From Barthelona sp. PCE (Eukaryota): DNA of 62,504 nt. The stretch lies in assembly GCA_040285745.1 (NCBI GenBank), contig JAUFOR010000008.1, positions 2,108,001 to 2,170,504 of the forward strand. Direction: 5' to 3'. A program made the translations under genes and the position numbers. This document shows, in pieces, positions 10,798-20,932 of the stretch. The stretch's first letter is position 1; every line of letters starts with the position of its first letter. The notes beneath the pieces are model-generated. The model did no database searches, was not told where the DNA came from, and worked only from the letters and a program-made list of their open reading frames with translations.

Positions 10798-13115
10798 CTA
10801 TCTGCGCTGTGACAAATTAAACTTTCTAGTCTTTCTGAGGTTGTCCGCCTGTGTCTGAAGCTTCCTAGCCTTAAAGAAAGGAACCTCTTCGGGAGCCAGG
10901 TTGGCTAATTCGAGGGTATCAAACACTTCACCAACATCATCAGTCTTTGCTGCCATAGCAACCTCACCCTTGAATGTTGTCTCGAACAAGCTAAAGCCTT
11001 GGAAGATACGGTAACGAACCATATTGATCTGTTGACTCAGGAATGCCTTCTGCTGCTTTAATGAATCTAAGTCACGGTACTGTGCCTTATAGGCATCCTT
11101 CTCCTTTGTCAGGTCAGCACGGAGTGTGTACTCATCAACATCAATAACATTTGTGTCCTTGTTGCCGATCGCCTGAAGCTTCAAACGCAGTTCATCAATG
11201 TGTGCCTTTGTATCGTTGACCTCCGCAACCTTTGCGACCATTTCGGCCTTGAGCTCATCCATTTCCGACTTCTGAGCCTCCAGCTGGGAGTTCAGCACTG
11301 AGCCATCACCGTCAAGGTACATCTGATACAGATCCTCTCTGTTCCTCGATGCGCTCACTGTCTCCACAGGCGTGTGGCTGTCCTTCTCGACTGGGGCTGC
11401 AACCGGCTCGACCGGTGCCTTGTGCATCTCGAACAGTGTTTCGTCGGGCCTCATGTTCGACTGAACAGATCCAACGACAGCTGTCGATCCAATAGCTTCA
11501 CCGACACCCTCATCGACTTCACCAGTGCGTGCGACGTTCTCTGCTTCAACAGCGGCCGCAACAGCCTCAGGCTTGCCCGACAACACAGGGAAATGACCGT
11601 TGATCATGTCTTCGTATGAGACCTGGACACCAGAAGCCTTTGTGAGGTACTGCTTGACAGTCGATCCCATGAGCCTCATGAGCTCCAGCACCTGTCTAAT
11701 CTGACCGATGGACTTGATGTCAATATCCGTTGTTCCGTTGAGGAAACCCAGGACGGAGTTGCGTACCTCAAGGGAGTCAACGAAACGAGACTTAGGATCA
11801 CGGTTGTTCAGCAGATCGTACATTGCGAGCTCCTGCTTTAGTTGACCGATTTCTGCTTTCTGTTCGTGAACAAGCGCCTCCAGGTCCTCCTTTACGTTAA
11901 CCTTGGGCTGACTGTATATGTCTCCAAGTCTTGAAGCAAAACGCAGCGTTGCGAGACTCTCTTCCAATGTTTCTCTGATGGGATACACGCATGCTATCAA
12001 TGTTGTAAACGCGTTTCCACCCACCGAATCACGGAGGATGTTCGTCAACTTGGATGAACGGAATGGCACGAATGCGTTGGGATTCCTCGCCTGCAGAATG
12101 ACCTGCTCCAACAAAGAAAGAGACTTGTTAATATATTGGGCCTCCTTCAACAGCTGTCCGACGGAACCTGTCTTCTTGACACGTTCTGAACCGGCTAAAT
12201 CAACAAAGTGGACCTTAGAAGTCAGCACCTGACTCTGACTCTCCAGTCTGTTCTGCACTTGAAGGTATATCGAAATAATACAATGGGAACGGCTGGATGT
12301 TGAGTTCAACGAATGGCCCGATACTCTACGGTGACTCTCGCCCTCGAATATGTAGCTGAGCGCCTGACTTTCGTTCTCAGCAACAGGCTTGGTAAGACCC
12401 ATGATCTCTGCCTCGCCGTTGGGACCGGTTACAATCTGTAACCCCTCCCCGCTTGAAATTGGGTTGCCCAGAGGATCGGCAGGAAGATTACAAAGCAGAT
12501 CCTTAATTTGATTCTGGTAAATTTCAATATATGAAACACGAACCGTAACGTTAAGGTCTGAACGGCGTTCAATCTCATTGAACAGGTCAGAGACTGCACG
12601 TGCAGCAATACCACGAGTGTTAAAAGTGGCGTCCGCACCTCCACTAACTGTGTAAGTCTTACCTGCTCCGGTTTGACCGTATGCTAGAATAGCGCCGTTG
12701 TATCCCTTGATGGCTTTTGCGATGATACTCTTGGCTGCCAAAGTGTACACTTGATCCTGGTTGGCTTCCTTGAGGATGTTCGTAAATTTATACTTCCACA
12801 GGTCCTGTTGGTTGTTAACAATGCCTGCTTCTGGATCGCGCGGAATATGAATGGAGATTTCCTAGGTATTAGAAGATTGTAGTGTGCATTTACGCAGAAA
12901 AAAATGAAAATGGATTTGACCATATGATGCTTTAGACCATATAAGGACATCGTCCAATGCAGGGATGTTTGCTCTCCGGGATCAAAAACATTGTACTGCT
13001 CTTTTGCGTTAAGAATGCTATAAAAATATACGTTGTCTGTGACTTGGATCCTCTCCGTATCGAATTCCGATGTCGGCCTAAGCCTAATAAGCACATTGAT
13101 CGGAGTCTTGCTCAT
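10798..13115 (-). CDS. KIF9: Kinesin-9 (KIF9/KLP1-like), two exons: 13115..13032 and 12861..10798 (715 aa)
   Basis: P-loop GQTGAGKT, NSTSSRSH, VDLAGSER, PFRSSKLT. Splicing gives MSKTPINVLIRLRPTSEFDTERIQVTDN/EISIHIPRDPEAGIVNNQQDLWKYKF, which matches the KIF9-type N-terminus in frame. Confidence 0.9.
12862..13031 (-). other. 170-nt phase-0 spliceosomal intron (GTATAT...TTCTAATACCTAG)
   Basis: GT-AG ends, and removal fuses the two kinesin motor-domain segments in frame. A branch-like CTAA lies 7 nt before the intron's 3' end. Confidence 0.9.
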
Positions 13116-13399
13116 TGAAATGGTATATAAAAGGGAAAACAAAAAATTCATTCTTTGTACCAATCCAAACATGTAACAGTCTATATGTAACCCAAGTGAG
13201 ATTGTATGAGTCTGTGTGCAATATTGAACCAGACTAACACTTCAAAAACCAGCCTGTTATCCAATCCTTCATAATGAGTGTTATTTTTTGCTCATTTACA
13301 CGCAAAACAATCTTAATCGTTGTTTGCAAATTTTGAAGACAAAGAAAAGTTTGTCAATACCTTGTACCACTCTGCAATTCACTTTCATCCTCATTCTTA

Positions 13400-14995
13400 A
13401 TGAGCGATTTTTCAAAGCTCGATGGGCTACTCGCAGATGTACAGCGCATTGCCAAGGAGTTGCGCGTTGATCCTCCTTCGGTTGAACCACCAGCTATTCC
13501 GATGATGAATAACTCAAAACCGATTTCTGAGAACGCACAGGGTTTGAATCCTGCCATGATGGCTGCCATGGAGCAGGACGCAAAGCGCAGGCTCGAAGAT
13601 AGACTTATTCGTGAACGAGCAGCTGAACCATTCAAAGAAGCTGGAAACAATCTATTCAGGAAGGGAAAACATAGAGAGGCCATTGAACAATACACTGAGG
13701 CGATAACGCGCCTTAAAGATTTCTGGGATGCACGAAACAATAGAGCATATTGTTTTATTCTTTTAAATGAGCATAATGACGCTATGGATGATCTAAATGT
13801 CATAATAGACGTCACTGACGGACTCATTGCACCCAGACTGAACTTGGATCGTATTAAATTCAGAGCGCGCGATCGTAGATCGATTTGTAACATTGCACTT
13901 GGTGACTTCGCACTTGCAGCCGAGGACATTTCATGGATCATTGAAAACAGTAAGTACTATAGCAAGAACAGGAGGAGAATAAGCTGCTGTAAGCAGCTAA
14001 TTGAGTTCATGAGGGATAATGAGATTGAAAATGACGTGAAGGAACGTGTTCAAGGTGTATACATTCCCCATATATTCTCAAAGGTGTTGCCTAGTAGCAT
14101 AACTCAAAATATAGACATTTATTCCAGTTTCCTTTCCTTCGAATTTGCCCCTGTTCTTTTCCATTTCACTGCATTCTTTAGACAGCTGATGGGTGCGGAT
14201 GACGCGCAGCTGTCCCGTACACAGGCTGTTATGATGGTGCACCGAAATCTTCCCGTAAGCGACGCCTTCAAGGGAGAACGAGACTTTAATGCGCTAAGTG
14301 CTGTTGGGGAATTCGGGTCACTGGATGACCCGGGTTCAATTCTTGAAAAGCTTCTTATCAACAGATTTGAGAACAGCGTGGTTTTTTTCGCTCTCATCGT
14401 TACGCTTTTGAAAAAGATGAAGGGTCCATATTCAGTCAGCAGCGAAGCATGGGCGCCTGTCTATGATAGCTTTAATACAGTTTCCCAATTAGAACAGGTT
14501 CATCGTAAGCTGGCAATTGCAATTTTGTTTAAGGTTGTTTCCAATTCTCAAATTCCTGTTCCCCAGCTAAAAAGCTTCAGCACTGCACTTTCTCAGTGTA
14601 TTTTTAATGACGAAGAAATGTTGAATCATTCTCTGTTAGGTCTTATCACGATTCTTCATCCCTATGATTGTATCACACATACAACATTACAACGCTTGCA
14701 TGATTTTGTTTTGGATGTATACGTGTCAAAATCTACAACAATAGAGAAAAATAGGTTTTTTATCACAAACAGTTGCATGTGTATTAAAGTAGCAATGTCA
14801 ACTCTTTTCACATGGGGTGAAAAGAAGCTGCTCTTCCCTGTACTTGTGCGTTTAATTATCAAACACCAAAATACAGTTGCCAACTCAATTGCGCAGGCAA
14901 TAGCAGCAATGATTAGTTGTGAGGATGATAAGCAGATTCTACGGGACTGTAATGGATTTGAGGCCTTTATGCGCTGTGTAGGTGCAGGTAAGTAA
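13400..14995 (+). CDS. TTC12: TPR plus ARM-repeat protein, TTC12-like (dynein arm assembly)
   Basis: MAAMEQDAKRRLEDRLIRERAAEPFKEAGNNLFRKG...YTEAI...NNRAYC matches the TTC12 pre-TPR and TPR region. The C-terminal part is helical-repeat-like. Confidence 0.7.
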   Translation: MSDFSKLDGLLADVQRIAKELRVDPPSVEPPAIPMMNNSKPISENAQGLNPAMMAAMEQDAKRRLEDRLIRERAAEPFKEAGNNLFRKGKHREAIEQYTEAITRLKDFWDARNNRAYCFILLNEHNDAMDDLNVIIDVTDGLIAPRLNLDRIKFRARDRRSICNIALGDFALAAEDISWIIENSKYYSKNRRRISCCKQLIEFMRDNEIENDVKERVQGVYIPHIFSKVLPSSITQNIDIYSSFLSFEFAPVLFHFTAFFRQLMGADDAQLSRTQAVMMVHRNLPVSDAFKGERDFNALSAVGEFGSLDDPGSILEKLLINRFENSVVFFALIVTLLKKMKGPYSVSSEAWAPVYDSFNTVSQLEQVHRKLAIAILFKVVSNSQIPVPQLKSFSTALSQCIFNDEEMLNHSLLGLITILHPYDCITHTTLQRLHDFVLDVYVSKSTTIEKNRFFITNSCMCIKVAMSTLFTWGEKKLLFPVLVRLIIKHQNTVANSIAQAIAAMISCEDDKQILRDCNGFEAFMRCVGAGK

Positions 14996-15050
14996 AAAAA
15001 ATAGTGTTTTCACATTTTCTCCCCCTTTTCAAAAGATGGTCGATTAATGA

Positions 15051-15908
15051 ATGCAAGGTATCATTGTGTACAAGCGGCTTGGCGGTCAGATATTGTACAA
15101 AAAAGCAATTATCGATAATTTTGGGTTAAAATCAGAAGACAGAAATAGTGAACGTGTAGCTACGTTAATATATGCCGCATACTCGCAAACACACGAGTTC
15201 GAGGTCCCAGCTCAGCTACATACTGTTACAATGGCAGGGTCTCGCATACTTTTTCGGGAAGATAGTCACATTATACTTGCTGTTATCTTCTCTTGCACCC
15301 TTTCCGAGTCTCTATGTGACCTATACACCACAGGGATGCATGAGATGTGCTCAAAACAAGGAGAAGCCTTCCGAGGTTTCACAAAACAGGTTGCTAGTTT
15401 TTCGTTTTCGTTTTTGAAGGAATTCATAGTAGAAATGGCATCAATTGCATATCTCAGCCGTTTATCACAAGAAACTGTCACTGCTCCAGCCCCAGCACCA
15501 CCTCAATCATCAGGACGTGGAATAAGGAGGCAGCGAAACGTAAATCAAATTGAAACGCAGCAATCGCGCGCACCTCCAGTTCTCCGCCGCCTCTTAAGCT
15601 GTTTTGATGCGGAAACAGTGACTGCAGCTGAATTCGTAGTGAATCCGTGTGACAGAGTTTATTCTGATGACCAGCTTAAGAGTTTCAACACTTTAGTAAC
15701 AGAAAACCCTTGTCTGAGCAGCGAGAGGCACGTTACTACCGCTGTTTATGGTCTGAATGAACTAATTATTCATGCAATCATCCACTCTAACGCTTGGATG
15801 TTTGTGTTTACACCACACACACCAATTACCCCAGACGAATTGAACTCTGTGGTCTCTGACGTTCTGGAATTCAGCCAGTTCTGTTATAATGCTGGTATCC
15901 GCTCATAA
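15051..15908 (+). CDS. Protein with an N-terminal longin-like domain
   Basis: 285-aa ORF. GIIVYKRLGGQILYKK...LHTVTMAGSRILFREDSHIILAVIFS fits a longin/sigma-adaptin strand pattern. Confidence 0.5.
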   Translation: MQGIIVYKRLGGQILYKKAIIDNFGLKSEDRNSERVATLIYAAYSQTHEFEVPAQLHTVTMAGSRILFREDSHIILAVIFSCTLSESLCDLYTTGMHEMCSKQGEAFRGFTKQVASFSFSFLKEFIVEMASIAYLSRLSQETVTAPAPAPPQSSGRGIRRQRNVNQIETQQSRAPPVLRRLLSCFDAETVTAAEFVVNPCDRVYSDDQLKSFNTLVTENPCLSSERHVTTAVYGLNELIIHAIIHSNAWMFVFTPHTPITPDELNSVVSDVLEFSQFCYNAGIRS

Positions 15909-15989
15909 CAAGAGAATAAAATGAGCTCACGAATTTACTAGTGCAATATCATTGTTTAAGATTCAAAGCAGCCGAAATAAGAGAATGTT

Positions 15990-17250
15990 AATACGTCACA
16001 ATACGAACTTGACAATATCTAACATCTCAGTTTCAAAGTCATAATCATCACCTCTAAACGCCAATGTGCCCAATCTAACCCGATAGCTGCTACACAGATA
16101 TTTATACACAACTGCAACACCCTGTTTCGGAGAAAGAAAATTTCCCACCTCTAATATAGGCCCTGCAACACATACCCTGTAAAACTCTTAGACGAACACA
16201 ATAATGTGACTGAGTTACTAAAAATTTTTAAAACGAGTGGAAAATCTTCTCTTTTCAAACAAAAGTGAAGGCATTGACTGGTCTAGAACAAACATACATG
16301 CTAAATATTTTCTACAAAATTGGAAAAAATTGGTATATCCCGACTTACAATCATATACAGTACAGTACAATATTTCATTATTCAACAGTATAAAGTCCCA
16401 AAGATCGCTGTAGATATCATGGAAGCGGTTTCTAATTCCTGGATGTGGTATTTTTGTATCCTCAATGCGAGAAAACTCAGTCAAATTCAGTTCTTTGTCA
16501 TCAAATAGCGTTCTTTGTTGAATACTTAAAAAGCATTCCGTTTTGCTTATCAATTACGCATATTTTACGAGTATTTTGATAAAAACAACTGTTAACTGCA
16601 ATAAAATTCTTTAAAGGTGTAAAAATAAAATTCTTTGGCCCTTTTGAAATGGAATGTCTCATATAAAGTGTAAAAAGTGGATCTGGTTAAAAGTATAAAG
16701 TGGGACTCTAAAAGAGAAAGAAAAAAAAAGTATTACAGAAACTTTGTATCAAATTGTTCAAAATATATGTACAGTTTCGGACGACTTTTTCTCACCCTTG
16801 ACAGTTTTCATAATCCATTACGGCTATTTTAGTAATCTTGGGAACCTGCATTCTTACATCTTCACTGTTCTATATCTCAAGAATTTACTCTGTCTACAGC
16901 ATCTTTTTGATGAGTATTAGAGTAATAAACACTGAATAATTTGTCCAATGAAGTGGTAAAAAGAAAAGACAGGAGTTCAATTTAAGTTCAGCTACACTAA
17001 AATGGAATCATGTTAATGTGCTAACATTTACTGAAACGCTGGGAAATAAGCATTTTTATCTGAAACTGCATAACAGTAAAGATATTCAAAAATATCTGCA
17101 TATAAGCACAGTGGACGAAATAAAGCCACCTTACATCAGACAAACATACGGTTAAGTACCAATTCTATGACTTTTCCTAATGAATTCCAGACTATTAATG
17201 AATTGAATGCTAAAAAGATTGGGTCTCCATTTTTTGAGTTTAACCACTTT
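15990..17250 (-). pseudogene. Probable decayed gene remnant
   Basis: A 1.4-kb gap in otherwise dense sequence. Minus-strand coding-like fragments (ORF 16218..16553; EFYRVCVAGPILEVGNFLSPKQGVAVVYKYL...) are separated by stops. Boundaries approximate. Confidence 0.35.
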
Positions 17251-17357
17251 TGAATACATTTCAATGGCCAACTGGGGAAGCAGAAGCGATGCGTCACCTT
17301 GAATAAAGTTTTTGTCTACATTTTCCTACAATTGATAACATATCCCTTTACACCACA

Positions 17358-17864
17358 ATGTCCGTCAAATCAAACCGTAATTTACAGCGTATTGGCTCAG
17401 GTATAATCTTTCTACTGACTTTGTTTTACACATTAAACTATTTTCTTGAGTTTGGTGTCACATGGACAATCTACTTGATCTATTTTTGTGCCATTGACTT
17501 CTTGTGGAAGGTTGTTGCCCCTGCTCATCTTCTTAAATACAGTCCTCTTGCCATTATTGTGAGACCCCTTTCCAGATTCGTTACCAAGTTCCCCGTTGAT
17601 GCCAAAATGTCTGTTTTAAAGAGCGCTACTGTTGGTCTCATCTTCACTATTGCTGCCATTGTCCTGTACTATATTGATTTGTTCCTTATTTCTGTCATTC
17701 TTATGGCTATTCTTTGTTTCTTTGCTGGTCTCCAGTCTTTCTGCGGCTGGTGCGCAGCCTGTTGGTGCTACTCCACACTCTTCTCAAAGAAGGCTTCCAA
17801 GGATGCTTATGCTGAAGCCGAGGAAGATGTTCCTGGCTGCTCTGGTGGTGTTTGTGGTATCTAA
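17358..17864 (+). CDS. DUF4395-like membrane protein with a Cys-containing tail
   Basis: About 4 TM helices, FAGLQSFCGWCAACWCY (DUF4395-type A-L-x3-G-x-C-x-x-C-x-x-Y), and a GCSGGVCGI C-terminus. Confidence 0.7.
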   Translation: MSVKSNRNLQRIGSGIIFLLTLFYTLNYFLEFGVTWTIYLIYFCAIDFLWKVVAPAHLLKYSPLAIIVRPLSRFVTKFPVDAKMSVLKSATVGLIFTIAAIVLYYIDLFLISVILMAILCFFAGLQSFCGWCAACWCYSTLFSKKASKDAYAEAEEDVPGCSGGVCGI

Positions 17865-18142
17865 ACTATTTAGTACTACTTTGCATCTATCATCTGTCAC
17901 ATAATTTCTCCATCCGGTAGACATAGTAAAAACACGCGAATTGCAGGTCTTTGTAATGTGTATTTAAATGTTTTTATATGTTCAAATACATATGAAAATG
18001 GTCTCCAATGAGAATAGGAAGTGAGAAAAAGTTAAACTAAGAATGCTAGAACAATGAATTCCGTTTCTCTATAGTTTACCCTTTCCAAAGCATACCTTAC
18101 ACATAACTCCTTTTTAGCCATATATCCACTGTATAGGTAAAC

Positions 18143-18994
18143 ATGAGGAGCTTTTTAATTGTTGTAGCGATACTTTTTATCGCAATGTTTGTTTGTGCAA
18201 AGGCAGAGACTGAAGCCGTTCCTGACTATTATTCGTATCTTGGTGTTGAGATGACCGCCGAAACTAAAGAGATTAAAAAGGCATACAGAAGATTAGCCAA
18301 ACGTTTCCATCCTGATAAGAACAAGACAGAGGAAGCAGTTGACATCTTCTTTAAGATCCAGGAGGCATACGAGACGCTGGGTGATGCGGAAAAACGTAAA
18401 ACTTACGACATTATTCTAAAAACTGGTGCTAAGGATGTACAATATCATGGTAAACATGCTTATTGGACTGTTGAGCCATATAAGTTCTCTCCAGTAGAGA
18501 TTACAATATTCCTTGTCGTATTTAGCAGTTTAATTACCTGGGTTCATTGGTGGTATTTGAACTATCGTCATCAACGAATAATTCATAAGATAAAACGTAT
18601 GCGTGTACGCAAATACGGTGAGCGAAAGGCAGCAGCTATGGGTGATGATATTGATTTCAAAGGAGGTTATCAGCCACCGACAATTAACAAATTGTTACCT
18701 CTTGAAATTATACGCTTCCCTAAGAAGATTGGTCTGCTTTTCTACAAATGGTTTCGTGTATATATTCTAATTAAACGTTTTAAAATGGAACCAACAGAAG
18801 ATGACAAAGTTTTTATCCTTTCTTCCATACATAATTGCTCTGAGGAGACGATCCGTTTCAGAATGGCAGAAGAAAAAGAAAGAGTTGAAAAAGAAATGGC
18901 TGCTGCCAAAAAGGCACAAGAAAAGAAGGAGAAGAAATACAAAAGGCGGACAGGTAGATCTATGAATGAGCCTGTAGATGAACGAGACCTTTAG
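18143..18994 (+). CDS. DNAJC25: ER J-domain co-chaperone, DNAJC25-like
   Basis: Signal peptide, J domain with HPD (FHPDKN), a TM helix, and a DIDFKGGYQPP...LL motif typical of DNAJC25. Confidence 0.75.
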   Translation: MRSFLIVVAILFIAMFVCAKAETEAVPDYYSYLGVEMTAETKEIKKAYRRLAKRFHPDKNKTEEAVDIFFKIQEAYETLGDAEKRKTYDIILKTGAKDVQYHGKHAYWTVEPYKFSPVEITIFLVVFSSLITWVHWWYLNYRHQRIIHKIKRMRVRKYGERKAAAMGDDIDFKGGYQPPTINKLLPLEIIRFPKKIGLLFYKWFRVYILIKRFKMEPTEDDKVFILSSIHNCSEETIRFRMAEEKERVEKEMAAAKKAQEKKEKKYKRRTGRSMNEPVDERDL

Positions 18995-19057
18995 TAAATA
19001 ATATATTGTTTTTTACAAAGAAAAAAGTTGTTTTGCTTAATACAACCTTTTTTTTGG

Positions 19058-20932
19058 ATGTACAGCTGGGCACGTAGATTTGAACCGCATCCCATTGATG
19101 TGGGGGAGGCAGATAATGATTTTTTAGTTCCTTTACTTACATATTTATCTCAATACTGTATTTCTGACGATATAGCTGCAGAAACATCCAAGATTATGAT
19201 CAAAGTGGCCACAGACCTTCTCATTGGATGTGCTGAGGACACTATAAAGCACTGTCCAATGATTTTTAGCCAGATCATTGCTTCGATAACTAGTTTTGCT
19301 GTATTGAATGCCGAAAAACTGCTAAAGGGTAACGTTGAGCTCATCAACAACATGTACAAATGCTTTTCTTTGTTGAAGGACAGAGTGGAGGACATCACAT
19401 TCTTCATGATTGAGAACTCTATAAAGCAACTGGATAGTGCATTCCCGACCCTGTCGGGCGAGCATATGACGGTCTCGGCAGCAGCGACAGTCAGGGATAT
19501 CTGGACAGCACCGGATGAGTTCGATTCAGTTTTCAATCCAGTACAGTTGAGCACTGATTATAAAGTGAAGGATCTAATCGAGTACACCTCAAAATTACCG
19601 ATGTACGACGATTTCGAGTTCGAAAGCATGTGTTCTTTTGTTGAACAAATTGACAAGAACGGTATAAAGGACGACGAGCGAATAGAACGAAATCTTCACC
19701 CATCGATGCTCTATGGTGACAATCAGAACGTGAGCTTGTGCCGATGCGTTGGGACCCTCTCAAAACCAGCAGCAGCTCTAAGGTTTCTGTCCCTCGTTCG
19801 ATGCAATTTTAAGAGGAGCATCTGCCCTGTTCTATTGGGAACGCTAATGGACACGTGTGTACGTGGAATGATCCCGAAACTGCTGTACATAACAACCAGC
19901 TTGAGGCCAGAGTTTATTCCTGTTCTTTTTGAAATGGTAACCAACATGCCAGACTGTGATGAACTTATTCATGTGGCCGAGAGGCTGATACTGATGCACC
20001 ACTCGCCAACTTATTGGAACGTCGCACTTTTTCTGCTGGAAACAGCAAGCGATAGCGCTTTTTTCCATGTTTGCGCATATTTACAGGGTCTAACTTTAAA
20101 GCAGCTATCATACCAACAGGCCAAGAAAATTGTGGCTGTTGTACAGCGCATTTCTGCCCATGTCATTGAAAAAGGACAGAATCAATCGATTATTTCGAAA
20201 GCCAGCGTGCTCCACGACGGATTGTACTCCATTTGCACTAATTTATTCAGATCACAACGCAGTGATATACGTAAGGCTGTTTCTGGAGTGATGGCCCGTT
20301 TGAAACAGCGCAGAGTACGGAAAATAGAGACTGTGGATAACAAAAGTGAAACACTTCAGTTCAGGTGCTCGAGTGAAATGGTTGAGTCTACAAAATCATC
20401 AATAACACTACAACTGATAATCACAAGCGCAGTTGAGTTTGTGATCTGCAATGTTATATCAGACCCCGAAATAGAATATCTCACAATCAAGGATATTCTA
20501 TTAGACGGAAAGGAAATCAAAGTGTACGCTCATTTTGAATGCCGCCAATTGGAGCCATATAATTTCAAAGTGAGTTTTAACGCTATGGATGCAAATGGAT
20601 GCATGCATAATTTCACACTGACCAACATTCTGGTTGACTACTCGGATCTCATATTCATGTTAAAGGATGATGAGCACATTGACATGAGCGCTGTCCCAAC
20701 ATTCGAGACAATGATCGTCCTAACTGTTGAAGAGTACACAACTTTTTTGGAACGCTACATTGGTGATGGTACCCTTCCTGCACAATGGCGAATGCGCGGT
20801 ATCGAAGTTTATATGTCATGCTCCGTTGAGAATAACGATACATCCGTTGTCCTTACATTTTGCACAACTTCCAAGGAACTAACGAGGAACCTTACTCGAT
20901 ACGTTCGGTTATCTGTTACTCAGCCCACATGA
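19058..20932 (+). CDS. Alpha-solenoid plus beta-sandwich protein, AP-5 beta subunit (AP5B1)-like
   Basis: Helical trunk, then FECRQLEPYNFKVSFNAMDANGCMHNFTLTNILVDYSDLIF, which resembles the AP5B1 appendage region. First ATG at 19058. Confidence 0.45.
   Translation: MYSWARRFEPHPIDVGEADNDFLVPLLTYLSQYCISDDIAAETSKIMIKVATDLLIGCAEDTIKHCPMIFSQIIASITSFAVLNAEKLLKGNVELINNMYKCFSLLKDRVEDITFFMIENSIKQLDSAFPTLSGEHMTVSAAATVRDIWTAPDEFDSVFNPVQLSTDYKVKDLIEYTSKLPMYDDFEFESMCSFVEQIDKNGIKDDERIERNLHPSMLYGDNQNVSLCRCVGTLSKPAAALRFLSLVRCNFKRSICPVLLGTLMDTCVRGMIPKLLYITTSLRPEFIPVLFEMVTNMPDCDELIHVAERLILMHHSPTYWNVALFLLETASDSAFFHVCAYLQGLTLKQLSYQQAKKIVAVVQRISAHVIEKGQNQSIISKASVLHDGLYSICTNLFRSQRSDIRKAVSGVMARLKQRRVRKIETVDNKSETLQFRCSSEMVESTKSSITLQLIITSAVEFVICNVISDPEIEYLTIKDILLDGKEIKVYAHFECRQLEPYNFKVSFNAMDANGCMHNFTLTNILVDYSDLIFMLKDDEHIDMSAVPTFETMIVLTVEEYTTFLERYIGDGTLPAQWRMRGIEVYMSCSVENNDTSVVLTFCTTSKELTRNLTRYVRLSVTQPT

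Noticed and set aside
12684-13172. 162-aa ORF as a separate gene
   Set aside because: It is KIF9 exon 1 read through the intron into the wrong frame of exon 2.
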